A stretch of DNA of 64,000 bases from positions 1-64,000 of IMG/VR virus record IMGVR_UViG_3300029288_000132; one strand, written 5' to 3'. Position 1 is the first letter of the stretch, and each line of letters starts with the position of its first letter. Under the pieces are notes generated by a model that was not told the DNA's origin, did not search any database, and worked only from the letters and a program-made list of their open reading frames with translations. This stretch comes from a virus (lineage: Duplodnaviria > Caudoviricetes). The position numbers were made by a program, and so were the translations under genes. Shown here one piece after another: positions 28,270-38,954 of the stretch.

Positions 28270-28992
28270 TCATCTCACCATCTGTGCCACTGCCAAAATT
28301 CTATTTTCTAAGTCTGTCGCATTACTCGCCTGCTCATTAGCCATTATGACCAAAGCATTCATCTGTGCCACAAATAATACTAGCTTCGATCTTAGAGAAT
28401 CCAAAACCGATTGTAATGATGGATCAGATTGGATTAGTTGTTCAAGAGCCGCGATAGCTTTTTTCGTTTCATTCTGATTCTTTTGGTTTTCTATAATATC
28501 AGTTTCAGTATCTATTCTGGCTTGTCTGACAACACCCAGCTCAGCATTGAGAATTGTAAATTGGTTGTCTGCGGAATTATTTATAGCGATAATATCTGCT
28601 TGTGACACTCCGAGCGATGACAAATCTAGTATATTAGTATCATGTCTGATTTGCAGAGGGTTAGAAGCTAACATCGGTTGAAGCGTCGATTCCTCAGATA
28701 TCCCAAATTCGAGAATTTGTCCTACTTCGAATTGTTTCTTTGCAGAACCTATAGATGATGCATTGGATAGAGTGTTGGTATAGACTCGCTGCCCATCCGG
28801 CTTCTTCGTATCAATTGGTTTCCGCTGCCGAAATTCTATTGCTGCAGGAAGTTGAATCTCCGTAAGCGGCCCGTTCGGCGGTGACGTCATACTTATAATA
28901 TATGTGACATTGCCACTGTCCGACGCAGATTGCGGGATTACTGCAAGATACAAAGCTGTTGGGTAGGTTATAATCACATTATATCTTTTCAA
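28270..28992 (-). CDS. Hypothetical coiled-coil protein in the baseplate cluster
   Basis: TTG start overlapping the upstream TGA; C-terminal heptads. Confidence 0.55.
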   Translation of the reverse strand: MKRYNVIITYPTALYLAVIPQSASDSGNVTYIISMTSPPNGPLTEIQLPAAIEFRQRKPIDTKKPDGQRVYTNTLSNASSIGSAKKQFEVGQILEFGISEESTLQPMLASNPLQIRHDTNILDLSSLGVSQADIIAINNSADNQFTILNAELGVVRQARIDTETDIIENQKNQNETKKAIAALEQLIQSDPSLQSVLDSLRSKLVLFVAQMNALVIMANEQASNATDLENRILAVAQMVR

Positions 28993-31127
28993 ACAATGTC
29001 TTTATTGTACTCTAAATCCTTATTATATCTGGCACCACGATTGTTCGGTTCAAGCTGTGGTAAATCAGATGGAATAAGCACATCTGGGGGCTGGATCGGA
29101 ATGAAGGAGTCGTAACCAATCCACCGCAGAACTTTGTTGATCTTGATGTAATTAGAATCTATTTCAAGCATTCCACTACCACCCATTAGTGTCACTGCAT
29201 TATTGCTACGCATAGAAATATTGCGATTTGCGTACACCTTAGCATCTTGACCGGCTATTACCTCAACATCACCGGCACAGACTATTTGGATTTTTCCCTG
29301 TTCATCGTTCCTGATAACTATTTCGCGCTTGATTTCATCGAACCACCAACAAATCTTAACAGCGTCCGGCTGTTGTCTCGCTCTGCATACTGTCAACTTC
29401 TCCTTGCCAGAAAACCACAAGCCTCGATCATCAAGATCGACAAGTTCAGTCCATGGATCATCATCTTTACTACCATCCCTACATTCTAATCCCTGTTGAA
29501 CTCCTTGGCGTGCTGGCGGATTAACTATATCTCCCCATGGCACATCATCCGGCGTATTACCACCAGCGGTCTTGAATCTTATATATTCATTGTGAAAATC
29601 TAGTTTCATATGATGCGATGTCAATTCGGTATTACCAGCAACCAAAGAATCTTCAAGAAATTCGTTAGCCTTGATCCCAGCCCACGGCATTGGATATAGT
29701 GGCTTAGAGCCAACCATGAAATATTGCAACTTATCGTTTAGTTGGGCGGTAATTCCAAGAGGGCTGCCCCATGTGGTCTGGTTTAACTCATCACGCTCAT
29801 TGAATTCCCAATAGAATCCTCTTGGGTTGCCTTCTACCTCTTTACCTTGCGCCCCAGGTGTTCGACGACCCTTAATCAAGACACCATGAGCTCGCGGGTT
29901 CTCTTGTGTATCTGCATGTTTTGTATCAGAACCTCTATCATCGAGTACTAATTTAATGCCATATCTAGTGACCCACCGTATCCACCGCGCATCACCTTTC
30001 CAGTATTGATTTTCGTGTTCAGTTTTCGTTCCTGTTTCATCAAGCAATTTACGCTTAACAAAGTCATCATCAACAGGATCGAAGCCGATATCAGACATCT
30101 GAAAAAGCATACCGCCTTTCGTACGCCACTTCACCCACCGCTCATCATTAGTGCTATCAGATATCTTACGCGGTTGGCCGTATTCTCCTTCACGTGTCTT
30201 ATTCCAGCCAACATCGCGCATCTCGAATTTGTGGCCATATCTGGTTAACGACATCATTCTACGCTGATCTGCACCATGAGCTGTATCCTCGTTGATCAAC
30301 TTTTGTAGATATTTCCAACGTGCTATTTCCCATTCTTCGTCTTTTTCTACATCGCCATAGAATTCACCGCTATCAGATTTCGAATTGTTAGACCCATCAC
30401 TAGATATCTGCCAATGGTACCCTTGGTCGCCCATTAACAGCAAATGACCGTATTTGCTCAACCGCACCATAAACTTAGCATCGGGATTGTTCATCTCCGG
30501 TGGCAAAGTCGTCTGTTTATATGGCGTCTTACTACCATTACTATCTGTACTTGTCTGCGATTGCAATGGGTCATTGTCTGGCCCTGGCGGCTGTTGCTTG
30601 TGTTCAGAAGGAAAGAAACCAACAGAGCAACTAAAGTCCAAATTACCGTAGCGGTCCGAAGAGCCAGTGCTCATCGGTCTTGAATCTTTTGGAAGGTAAT
30701 CTTTGTTGTAATCGTCTGGTGCCTTAGTTGCGGTTCCTTCCGCATCGACCGGCAGCGGCGTCACACCGTAAATAGCTGGATACGGATAAAACTTTCGCCT
30801 TGTTGGTGTGCAGAAGCCGGTCCAAATAGGGCCATAGGGGTGTTGCTTCTCGAAACCTATCCAGACCCAATCACCGATACATGGTGACGTCCAAGAGCCA
30901 GCTCTTTTACCACCAAGATGAAACTGAGATACGGCCCATGGACACTCCTCGGGTTGCAAATCCCAGTCGTGCATTTCCGGGCATTTAAATCTAACTCTAT
31001 GCATATTTAGCGGATCATTCGTTTCCACCACTAAAGCTCTGTATATGCCAGGAAATCGCTGATTAAGAGGACGCTCTCGATTAATCAGCAAGCGATCTAA
31101 CCCAATCGTAGCATTTTCTTCATTCAT
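28989..31127 (-). CDS. Baseplate central spike (gp5/VgrG/gpV-like)
   Basis: YRALVVETNDP....RVRFKCP, CPWA, P.IGDWVWIGFE..HP..PIW.G OB fold; beta-rich C-terminus. Confidence 0.8.
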   Translation of the reverse strand: MNEENATIGLDRLLINRERPLNQRFPGIYRALVVETNDPLNMHRVRFKCPEMHDWDLQPEECPWAVSQFHLGGKRAGSWTSPCIGDWVWIGFEKQHPYGPIWTGFCTPTRRKFYPYPAIYGVTPLPVDAEGTATKAPDDYNKDYLPKDSRPMSTGSSDRYGNLDFSCSVGFFPSEHKQQPPGPDNDPLQSQTSTDSNGSKTPYKQTTLPPEMNNPDAKFMVRLSKYGHLLLMGDQGYHWQISSDGSNNSKSDSGEFYGDVEKDEEWEIARWKYLQKLINEDTAHGADQRRMMSLTRYGHKFEMRDVGWNKTREGEYGQPRKISDSTNDERWVKWRTKGGMLFQMSDIGFDPVDDDFVKRKLLDETGTKTEHENQYWKGDARWIRWVTRYGIKLVLDDRGSDTKHADTQENPRAHGVLIKGRRTPGAQGKEVEGNPRGFYWEFNERDELNQTTWGSPLGITAQLNDKLQYFMVGSKPLYPMPWAGIKANEFLEDSLVAGNTELTSHHMKLDFHNEYIRFKTAGGNTPDDVPWGDIVNPPARQGVQQGLECRDGSKDDDPWTELVDLDDRGLWFSGKEKLTVCRARQQPDAVKICWWFDEIKREIVIRNDEQGKIQIVCAGDVEVIAGQDAKVYANRNISMRSNNAVTLMGGSGMLEIDSNYIKINKVLRWIGYDSFIPIQPPDVLIPSDLPQLEPNNRGARYNKDLEYNKDIV

Positions 31128-31441
31128 ACTAATTCACTTGCAATGAGTGATCTCGACGGAACCATAATCGTATCACCGGCTTGCGGCCAATTTAGAGCAT
31201 CAGAGGCATTGTTGATAGCTATCAACAGCCAGTCTAATGACGAATTACCATATAAAGAGAAAGCGATAAGATCTGGCCTCCCGGCAAAAGAATTACTTAC
31301 AACGTACGCAGTTGCGCTTTTGGCTAGTAAATCCGTTATAGGATTCTTCCATCTTCCGAACGTATCCTGATTATCAAACAATACGTGTTCAGTTTGGCTG
31401 AATCTAGAATAGACATATTGGTTTAAGTCTGTTGCATCCAT
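31124..31441 (-). CDS. Baseplate LysM-like wedge protein (gp53-like)
   Basis: GRPDLIAFSLYGNSSLDWLLIAINN..ALNWP.AGD.IMVP. Start revised to ATG 31441. Confidence 0.8.
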   Translation of the reverse strand: MDATDLNQYVYSRFSQTEHVLFDNQDTFGRWKNPITDLLAKSATAYVVSNSFAGRPDLIAFSLYGNSSLDWLLIAINNASDALNWPQAGDTIMVPSRSLIASELV

Positions 31442-31449
31442 AATAATCC

Positions 31450-32052
31450 TTATTGCCAATCTGGCGGCACTGCGGAAATCAATCCTGCAATAGCAACTTT
31501 GGGTGGCTGGACTTGCGATGATTGATTTGTGGTATCTTGCGGAACATTACCTCTAGACCACAATTGCATACCGACCTTGATATTGGTTATCACAGGATGT
31601 GCTTGATGTATATTCGGACTACCATTAACGGTAGGAATATAAAGTGCCTTGCCGTGTGAAATATCAATATTACCAAGTCTGCATGTCATTGGATCAGTAC
31701 CACCAAGCTTCCATATTTTAAAACTTACGATATAAGCACTAACTATCGTCTCTAATGGTGCTGTATAATATCCACGTAAACTAAGTATCTGATTCCTTAC
31801 TTTAGTGACATCCCAACCATTGGCACCAATGATATATGTCCATTCTAATGTGAATTTTCTAGCACCAGATGTTTTCCAAGCTTGAAACGGTTGATCTCCT
31901 GGTACTTCGGTTTCAGACCATGTTCCAGATCTGTTATCTGTAGTTATTTTAGGCGGAAATTGAAACTCAATGGTACGAACGTTATCGCGTCCGATCTTGA
32001 ATTCGACCGCTTTAGCCAATCGTGTGTCGATGTCAAGCAAATTTGCTGCCAT
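31450..32052 (-). CDS. Tail tube initiator (gp48/gp54-like)
   Basis: FQFPP.IT..RSGTWSE...PG, SGARKFTLEW; position after the tape measure gene. Confidence 0.7.
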   Translation of the reverse strand: MAANLLDIDTRLAKAVEFKIGRDNVRTIEFQFPPKITTDNRSGTWSETEVPGDQPFQAWKTSGARKFTLEWTYIIGANGWDVTKVRNQILSLRGYYTAPLETIVSAYIVSFKIWKLGGTDPMTCRLGNIDISHGKALYIPTVNGSPNIHQAHPVITNIKVGMQLWSRGNVPQDTTNQSSQVQPPKVAIAGLISAVPPDWQ

Positions 32053-32054
32053 GA

Positions 32055-35000
32055 TTATGTCCAGCTATTCAATCTTGTACCAAGCTTAGATGGCGACTCA
32101 CCAAGCTTGGGGAGATGTTCTTCAAGCAAGCCTCTAATTGCACCAACATCATCGACGTTACCCTTGCTAAGCTTATTTACAGCGTCAGCAATAATTCCTA
32201 TCAGCTCTACTTGTTTAGCCTGTGCTTCTTGCTGCTGCCAGCGTGCCGACACGCCCCCGCTCGTCTCTGTCTTAACTTGTATCGTCGAAACTGTTTCCGC
32301 AACCACCTTCTTCTTAGTAGCTGTCTCAGTCGAGCCAATAGGAAGATCAAGTTTAGCTGCTATCAGCTCTAATGCTGAAAATGACGTTTTCAATTCGTCG
32401 ATCTGTGCTCGTATTTTCTCTTGTCCAGCTTGAATAACCGATGCTATTGTGTCGGTAACGCTGCTGATGACCGGCACAGATGATAAGAGATCGGTGAAAG
32501 CACCTATAATATCGCTCGATTGTAATTGTGATATAGCGTCAACCAATCCGGTGATGCTGGGGGTCAATAAGCTGGCTGCTTTAGCAGTAGTGTTTAAGCC
32601 GTCAACTGCGGTTGCCAGTGGTGCGATAGATGATCTAAATAAAATCGACCCAAACATCATCTTATAACCACCAACCAACACTGCATTGGCGATACTGTTA
32701 ATCGATGACGCAAGACCATCAACAATGCCACTGATTGCACTACCAAATGATGATATTCCATCGCTCACGGATACCAAATTAGCGGTGCTGCCAGCAACCA
32801 GTTTAATCGCTCTACCGAATACGAGCAATGCGGTACTGGTTGTTATTAGTGCCGCAGCGTCTATGGCAGTCAAATAAGATAAACCACTAGCAAGCCCGCC
32901 CATACCTTTAGCAAACACAACACCGAGACCCATAGATGCTATAAACGCCGCAATACCAGGTGATGCAATAACGAGAGCACGTCCGAAGTTCGCGAGACCA
33001 CCATCACCAAGTCTCTCCATTTTGGTAATCGCATTATTGCTGATCAAGAACATTGCTACACTCAAACCGCCCATACCAAGCCCTAAGGCGACCGATGCGG
33101 CAGCCATTGCTACACCACCAGCTCCGATTGTTATAGCTGCTGCCAATAATTCACCGCCGAATATGATCAATGCACCGCCCATAAGCAATAAATCACCAGC
33201 CGATACCTCCATGAGCTTGACAATACTATTTGTAGCAACTTCAAACGCCAGAGCTAATACATATGCGGCCCCGGCTGCAATCATTGCCGCGACAGATATT
33301 CCTATCAGCACGCCAGCTAGTGCTATTGCTGCGGCTCCTCCAACACCAGTCGACATACCGAACACAGCTAGTGCTAATAAACCAAATACGACTGCGAGTG
33401 CCCCAACTGCACTCCATAATTTACCATAATCAAGATCCGCTAACATCTTGATCGCAAAAGCTATAGCCAAAATACTTGCACCGACAGCAAAGGCTGCTGT
33501 GGCTATAGCAAACAATTTTGTCGCGTTCGTAACACGCATAAACCAATCCCACATTGCGATGGCGGCGGCGGCACCGGCAAATACTGCAAAGATAGCCATA
33601 AGACCAGCAGAGACTGCAACAAGTCCTTTTGCTATTGGGCCTAGATATGACCACAATAATGATAATTTATCACCCATCCAACCTAACCACGTTACTGTTG
33701 GTTGTGCTGCCTTATTGATACCATCTATTGCTCCTGCTGCCTGCTTCGCCGGTGGTAAGGCACCGGCTAATAATCTTATAAACCAAGCGGCACTATCGAC
33801 GATTGGTGTAAGAATATTATCTAGGAAAAACATCATAGCCGGTTTCAAAGCATTGAATGCATCCATCCAAGCGCCCTGTATATTGGCCCACATTTTTCCA
33901 AAGCTCTTCGCAACAGTTGCGGTCGATTTCTCGTAATAATACGACCTCTTCTGTTCCGCAGTCATATCCTTGGTTGTGGCGTCTTCAAGTCCCTTCATAG
34001 CCTTTGCTAATTGATCTGTAGTAGCGGTGATCATATTGAACGGAGCTTCACCGGCCTTCAATGTTGCATTGAGCTGCATCTGTGTTCTAGCATAGCCATC
34101 CAGTGCATCGCGCGACATATGAGTATAGCCTTCCATAGCTAGTAATGTATAGTTATACTCATCTCCTTGACCGCCAGTTCTCTTGTATAAATCTGCAAGC
34201 GTCTGCATTTGTTGATTAAGACCATCATTTTGACGAACTAAATCCATTGCTGCTCGTTTTTGCTCTTTCGACAGTGATATATCATTTCTGATTCTCGCAG
34301 CAGCTTCTTCTGATAATTTTCCTATGCCTTTATAATAGTTAGCGGCCTCTTGGTTTGTATAAACCTCGCTCAACGACTTCTGCATTGCATCAACTTGTGC
34401 CATTGGCAAGCTCATAGTATTAGCTAAGCCCATCATGTTCGCTTGTATCTCAGATATCGCAGTAACACCGGCTTTACCCCACATAATGTTGAGTGCTGCA
34501 GCCGTTCTGGCTTGATCGCCTAGAAGACTAGCCATTTGCTGGGCAGATAAGCCAAGCTTATACATGGCGTCGGCTTGCTTACCTAATAGAACCGTCTGTT
34601 CCTTACTATCTATTCCAACACCTTTCATAGCACGCTGCCAAGCGGCTAAATCTTTTTGGCTGACACCAAGTGAGTTTGAATACATAGCGTTAGTCGTGAC
34701 AAAATCAGTCAATTCGTCATCATTCGAGCGTATAACTGCACCTAGCTCAGAGAACCCGGCAATACCTTCTTTCCACATTAATCTATATGCCGAAGTCGTT
34801 TTGCTAACCTGCCCAAGAATCTGGTTTTGCGTTCCGTAAATACGATAATTGAGGGTGTTAAATTTATTCTCTTCTTCCAAGAATGCAGCGAAACCAGCTC
34901 TGAGCCCCTGGATGCCAACAAGCATAGAAGCAAAACCCATAACCGTGTCGACAACAGCATCCTTAGCACTAATCCATGCAGCAGCAACACGCTTTCCTAT

Positions 35001-35576
35001 TCCTACATGTGCTGTGCCTTGACTTGCCGATTTGCCTAAAGCATCGTAGACATTGACCCAAGCGGCGGCGACTTTGTTACCAATACTGGCCTGTTCTCTG
35101 CCTTGGCCGAGCATCTCCTTACCAGAGCCCTTTATCCGATTCCAAGTAGATGCAATCTGTTCACCAATATCAGCTTGCTCTTGCCACTGATCTAAGAAGT
35201 CGCCAGTATCAATGCTTTGCGTCTTGATAGCTTGATTGAGTAGTTTATATTGTTTTATTTGCTTTTCTAATTCTAGGGTTATCTTATGGTAATCTTTAGA
35301 TGCCGTGGTTATTGTCTTACTTGTCTTCGCAAAGTCGGTGCTAAACTTCGTTGTCGTCTTCGCTATCTGTTCGTTAGATATAGCAATAGCTTCTACTTGT
35401 TTTTGCACTGACGCCAGTGTCTTAGTGACCTTATCTGATAACGTTTGTGCGACGTCTTGTAACCCCTTCTGAATATTGACGATAGCACTCAAAACGCCAC
35501 TAAGTCCAGTTATGGCTGGTGCTGTCTGAATGCTGAATGCCAGATTTAAAGCATAGCTATTGATATCATCTGCCAT
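32055..35576 (-). CDS. Tape measure protein
   Basis: 1173 aa, helical, Ala/Gly-rich hydrophobic repeats; lies between hub and tube initiator. Confidence 0.85.
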   Translation of the reverse strand: MADDINSYALNLAFSIQTAPAITGLSGVLSAIVNIQKGLQDVAQTLSDKVTKTLASVQKQVEAIAISNEQIAKTTTKFSTDFAKTSKTITTASKDYHKITLELEKQIKQYKLLNQAIKTQSIDTGDFLDQWQEQADIGEQIASTWNRIKGSGKEMLGQGREQASIGNKVAAAWVNVYDALGKSASQGTAHVGIGKRVAAAWISAKDAVVDTVMGFASMLVGIQGLRAGFAAFLEEENKFNTLNYRIYGTQNQILGQVSKTTSAYRLMWKEGIAGFSELGAVIRSNDDELTDFVTTNAMYSNSLGVSQKDLAAWQRAMKGVGIDSKEQTVLLGKQADAMYKLGLSAQQMASLLGDQARTAAALNIMWGKAGVTAISEIQANMMGLANTMSLPMAQVDAMQKSLSEVYTNQEAANYYKGIGKLSEEAAARIRNDISLSKEQKRAAMDLVRQNDGLNQQMQTLADLYKRTGGQGDEYNYTLLAMEGYTHMSRDALDGYARTQMQLNATLKAGEAPFNMITATTDQLAKAMKGLEDATTKDMTAEQKRSYYYEKSTATVAKSFGKMWANIQGAWMDAFNALKPAMMFFLDNILTPIVDSAAWFIRLLAGALPPAKQAAGAIDGINKAAQPTVTWLGWMGDKLSLLWSYLGPIAKGLVAVSAGLMAIFAVFAGAAAAIAMWDWFMRVTNATKLFAIATAAFAVGASILAIAFAIKMLADLDYGKLWSAVGALAVVFGLLALAVFGMSTGVGGAAAIALAGVLIGISVAAMIAAGAAYVLALAFEVATNSIVKLMEVSAGDLLLMGGALIIFGGELLAAAITIGAGGVAMAAASVALGLGMGGLSVAMFLISNNAITKMERLGDGGLANFGRALVIASPGIAAFIASMGLGVVFAKGMGGLASGLSYLTAIDAAALITTSTALLVFGRAIKLVAGSTANLVSVSDGISSFGSAISGIVDGLASSINSIANAVLVGGYKMMFGSILFRSSIAPLATAVDGLNTTAKAASLLTPSITGLVDAISQLQSSDIIGAFTDLLSSVPVISSVTDTIASVIQAGQEKIRAQIDELKTSFSALELIAAKLDLPIGSTETATKKKVVAETVSTIQVKTETSGGVSARWQQQEAQAKQVELIGIIADAVNKLSKGNVDDVGAIRGLLEEHLPKLGESPSKLGTRLNSWT

Positions 35577-36943
35577 TATGACCCTTTACCAACAGCTTTT
35601 GCTGCAGCATTCCTATCAAGCCTATAGCAATATAGATCGGTCGTCCAGCTACCAGGCTTGTAAATGTGGTGAAAGCCGTAAACAATCCAATTTCCGGCAA
35701 CAAAGTAAGGAGGCCCATTCTCTAATGATGACGTTAAGGTGATATCGATGGTGTCGACACCTAAACCTTCTGATCCAGACCATATATAATGGCCCATGAC
35801 GCGAAACCGCATACGTAGCAGAGCAGAGCTTGATGCAAGATAAATACCTCGTGCTTGACCATCTATGAAGTCTCGATATTTCATTCCCATATCGCCAGCA
35901 GATAGTTCGGGTATGGTCGCAACATCACTCCAACCAACACAGCCACCGTCAAGTGGATCGGCGTCGTGTTCTGGTTTGCGATATGATCTAGATAAGCCTC
36001 CGGTCACATCAACTTTTGGTTTTAATTTGTTGCCAGTTTGCCTATCACCGACGAATACTACATCTTTCTTCTGCTTATATTGTGATTGGTCGAAATATGC
36101 ACCAGATACCGCAGACATACCACCCGTCACCAATTGATGATTTACCATCTGTAAAGCGTTATCACCTATGAATTCCCAGTCAATGATATCGCCAGTTCTC
36201 TTGTCAGATGTACCACCAAATCCTCTCCATTCATAGGTAGCACGATGTTGTGACGTCATTGCAGCTTGCTCTTTTATAGTGAGTTTCTCACCATCTGGGT
36301 AGAGCAACCATCTAGTTTTATTATCCGACAGACTCGTGGACCACTCCAACAAAGACATAATGAAAGTCTTTGGATCCATACGCATCTGCCACCATCTATT
36401 AAGCTTACTATCCTTCGTATCGCCGTCAAAGACCACCTCACATCTGGCCTTGCTATATTTCTCTATTACCTGCTTTACTACCGATGCTACATTACCCTGA
36501 TAACTTGAACCACCAGCATCACCACCAGTTAGCACATACGAGGGGTAGTCGATAGCGAGGAATTCTATTTCAGAAGCGTTGGTACGACCACATGGTGCCA
36601 TCGTGACCAATGCGTGATTCTGAACCTCTGTTTTCAGTTCTGAATCAGCATGCCAACGCACAAAACTTTGTATTTCAACCGGTGCTATCGTCTCTGACCT
36701 ACTGTAATCGAAATATTCGTTACCAACAAAGTTTTTGTAGATAGTGAAGTGAGGATCATAGAACTTAGCTCTGACTTGCTCCCCTCCATTAAGCATTGCG
36801 ATGAATTCGTACTTAATACAGTTTCCACCAACATCTAAACCAACCGAAGCCGGGTTAGAAGGCGAACGCACCTTCACAACAACTATCGGTGATGATCCAC
36901 CTTGCGGAATACCTTGCTCCACAAGACGCTTATTGGTAGCCAC
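35576..36943 (-). CDS. Baseplate hub (gp27 / late control D-like)
   Basis: GTG start with SD AGGAG; WWQMRMDPKTFI, FVAGNWIVYGFHH.Y....WTTDL. Confidence 0.65.
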   Translation of the reverse strand: MATNKRLVEQGIPQGGSSPIVVVKVRSPSNPASVGLDVGGNCIKYEFIAMLNGGEQVRAKFYDPHFTIYKNFVGNEYFDYSRSETIAPVEIQSFVRWHADSELKTEVQNHALVTMAPCGRTNASEIEFLAIDYPSYVLTGGDAGGSSYQGNVASVVKQVIEKYSKARCEVVFDGDTKDSKLNRWWQMRMDPKTFIMSLLEWSTSLSDNKTRWLLYPDGEKLTIKEQAAMTSQHRATYEWRGFGGTSDKRTGDIIDWEFIGDNALQMVNHQLVTGGMSAVSGAYFDQSQYKQKKDVVFVGDRQTGNKLKPKVDVTGGLSRSYRKPEHDADPLDGGCVGWSDVATIPELSAGDMGMKYRDFIDGQARGIYLASSSALLRMRFRVMGHYIWSGSEGLGVDTIDITLTSSLENGPPYFVAGNWIVYGFHHIYKPGSWTTDLYCYRLDRNAAAKAVGKGS

Positions 36944-37213
36944 ATGAAACTCCTCTTTATCAATTTTGACCCCGCGAAAAGACCAGAACTATTCCTCCTT
37001 TTGGACGATGACGGCAAGAGGCTCGTTCTCTTGAAGCATGCTGCAATGGATAAATCAGAAATTCCGATGATTCGCGCAGCATCATCGCAGTTATCTAGAA
37101 TGCCAACCCATGAGAAAATGGGCTGGTTCCGAAAATTGCGATCTTGGAAGACAGCGTATCGGCAATTCACGAAAGCCAAAGTTACCATTCTATCGGAGTA
37201 TCCTTTGAAGTAG
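36944..37213 (+). CDS. Hypothetical protein
   Basis: MKLLFINFD...; its ATG abuts the divergent GTG at 36943. Confidence 0.55.
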   Translation: MKLLFINFDPAKRPELFLLLDDDGKRLVLLKHAAMDKSEIPMIRAASSQLSRMPTHEKMGWFRKLRSWKTAYRQFTKAKVTILSEYPLK

Positions 37214-37261
37214 TATACCCTATCTACCGACATTTAACGAGTTAAAGACTACCGCCGTCGC

Positions 37262-37270
37262 TGCTATAAT
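37262..37270 (+). promoter_or_regulatory. Extended -10 sigma70-type promoter (TGcTATAAT)
   Basis: Perfect match just upstream of GAGGG SD and ATG 37286. Confidence 0.6.
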
Positions 37271-37285
37271 TATCCAGAGGGAAAC

Positions 37286-37648
37286 ATGATGAGATATGAA
37301 GAATTGAGACGACGCTATATCCAATGTCAGAAAAATGCCACCAGGGTGGGGGATTTGAAAGAAAAAGCCGCAAATGGCAAATTGTCTGCACCCCGATTGG
37401 CTGACTGCCGCCAAGAAATCGATCGCCTTGGTGCAGAGCTAGCCGAGGACGAGAAACTATTCACCCATTTGCATGAGGCAGGCGATCCAGCTTGGCAGAA
37501 GCTATCAGGAGAATTGGATACCGCCTTAAAAGAATATCAGTCTACGGACGACCCACTCAGCTTGCGTCAGATAACAAAGAAATTTATTGGTACTATGTCC
37601 GTTCTAATTCTAGGTACGTGGATCATTGATGGACTACGTAGGAGATAA
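37286..37648 (+). CDS. Coiled-coil protein with C-terminal TM anchor
   Basis: Helical heptads followed by FIGTMSVLILGTWII. Confidence 0.6.
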   Translation: MMRYEELRRRYIQCQKNATRVGDLKEKAANGKLSAPRLADCRQEIDRLGAELAEDEKLFTHLHEAGDPAWQKLSGELDTALKEYQSTDDPLSLRQITKKFIGTMSVLILGTWIIDGLRRR

Positions 37649-37808
37649 AATGCACCTTACCAGCAAAGAGATTGGCGTCATCTTGAAATCATTACAAGAA
37701 AAATATGGCTTCGGCTACAGCAACGCCGAAGAAGATGGGGTCAAGATTGGCCAACTACAGGCCAAGCTATCCATTATGGCCGAAGTAGCTGCGGCGACCA
37801 AGCGTTAA
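37626..37808 (+). CDS. Small hypothetical protein
   Basis: Probable start MHLTSKE after SD AGGAG. Confidence 0.55.
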   Translation: MMDYVGDKMHLTSKEIGVILKSLQEKYGFGYSNAEEDGVKIGQLQAKLSIMAEVAAATKR

Positions 37809-38899
37809 GATTGTTCAAATAGTCTTGGCCTTACAACATTTGCTACATTCTTCAACCTATTCTCTAGGTATAACCGCTGTTGTATATTGAGCGGCTTTAC
37901 ACTCTTCTCAAATATCTGTCGTATCTCTGACAGACTAGCAACCTTTACTAAATCATTCCAATCGTTGCTCATTTTGCCGTCTGGTAGCTTTACAATTGGC
38001 GGTAAAGTATAGAAAATTTTGTAACCGAGAGGTTGTAATAGTGCAGTATTATGAAATATGCTCTCTATGCCCGCCTTGTCATTATCTGGCGCAAGAATAA
38101 TACCATCTTTGGGACCGATTAGCCGTATCTTTTTGGCCTGAGTCTCAGTTAGTGATGAGCCACCAGAAGCAAGACATTGATCTTCTAATGTTAGACAATT
38201 GAAGATTGATTCGACTATTATGATAAAACTAGCTGGCTCGACTTGATCAAACCCGTAAAAAAACTGACCTTTCGTTACCCCAACGCTTTCTGGTGGAAAC
38301 ATAAACTTCTTGTTCAGCCGCGATCTACTTTGCCAATAGACTATGGTATTTGGATCGTACTCATAATATGGCCAAACAATATTAAAGCCACTATGCTTTA
38401 TTCTATATTTATTGATCTTTTTAACATCTACACCTCTACCAGCAAGCCACGATAGCAAGCCTAATTCGAGTTGTGATGATATTCCGAACTCTACAGTGCC
38501 CTCTGGAAGTTCAAGAGATACTTCGTCTTTTGTTTCTGGCATCAGACGTGTTCTGTGCCATTTGAATAACGCATGAGCACCGGAAGATGCCCCCAAAACG
38601 TCCTGAACGGCTTGTGAGAACGAACAACTTCCTTTCTTCAGAGTCAAATAATGTTGGACAAACCTCAGGAACGTCCGCTTATTTATTTTGCCAGTATTCG
38701 GATTAATTCCAGCCCATGTCGAGTCGCCACGCCAATCATGAACAGAAGCCTTCTCAATGCTGATATTGAAATGATAACCATCATCACCGTCAAAGGGGTT
38801 ATTGATACGTAATTCATCGCCTCCCTTTCGCGGTTTGCATTCAGGGAAATTCTTATAAACCCAAGCAGATATTTTTTCAGGTGGTATTGGTATGTGCAT
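37805..38899 (-). CDS. DNA primase (TOPRIM; gp61/DnaG-like)
   Basis: YWQSR, FYGFD, IIVESIFN, ILAPDNDKAG (DxD); degenerate N-terminal Zn-binding domain. Confidence 0.85.
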   Translation of the reverse strand: MHIPIPPEKISAWVYKNFPECKPRKGGDELRINNPFDGDDGYHFNISIEKASVHDWRGDSTWAGINPNTGKINKRTFLRFVQHYLTLKKGSCSFSQAVQDVLGASSGAHALFKWHRTRLMPETKDEVSLELPEGTVEFGISSQLELGLLSWLAGRGVDVKKINKYRIKHSGFNIVWPYYEYDPNTIVYWQSRSRLNKKFMFPPESVGVTKGQFFYGFDQVEPASFIIIVESIFNCLTLEDQCLASGGSSLTETQAKKIRLIGPKDGIILAPDNDKAGIESIFHNTALLQPLGYKIFYTLPPIVKLPDGKMSNDWNDLVKVASLSEIRQIFEKSVKPLNIQQRLYLENRLKNVANVVRPRLFEQS

Positions 38900-38954
38900 C
38901 TGATCTGAAATACGACAAATACCATTAGGCGGCTATAGGGTTAGCTAATTATAA

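Noticed and set aside
32055-35576. Many antisense ORFs and apparent TM helices in the tape measure gene
   Set aside because: Typical of Ala/Gly-rich tape measure proteins.
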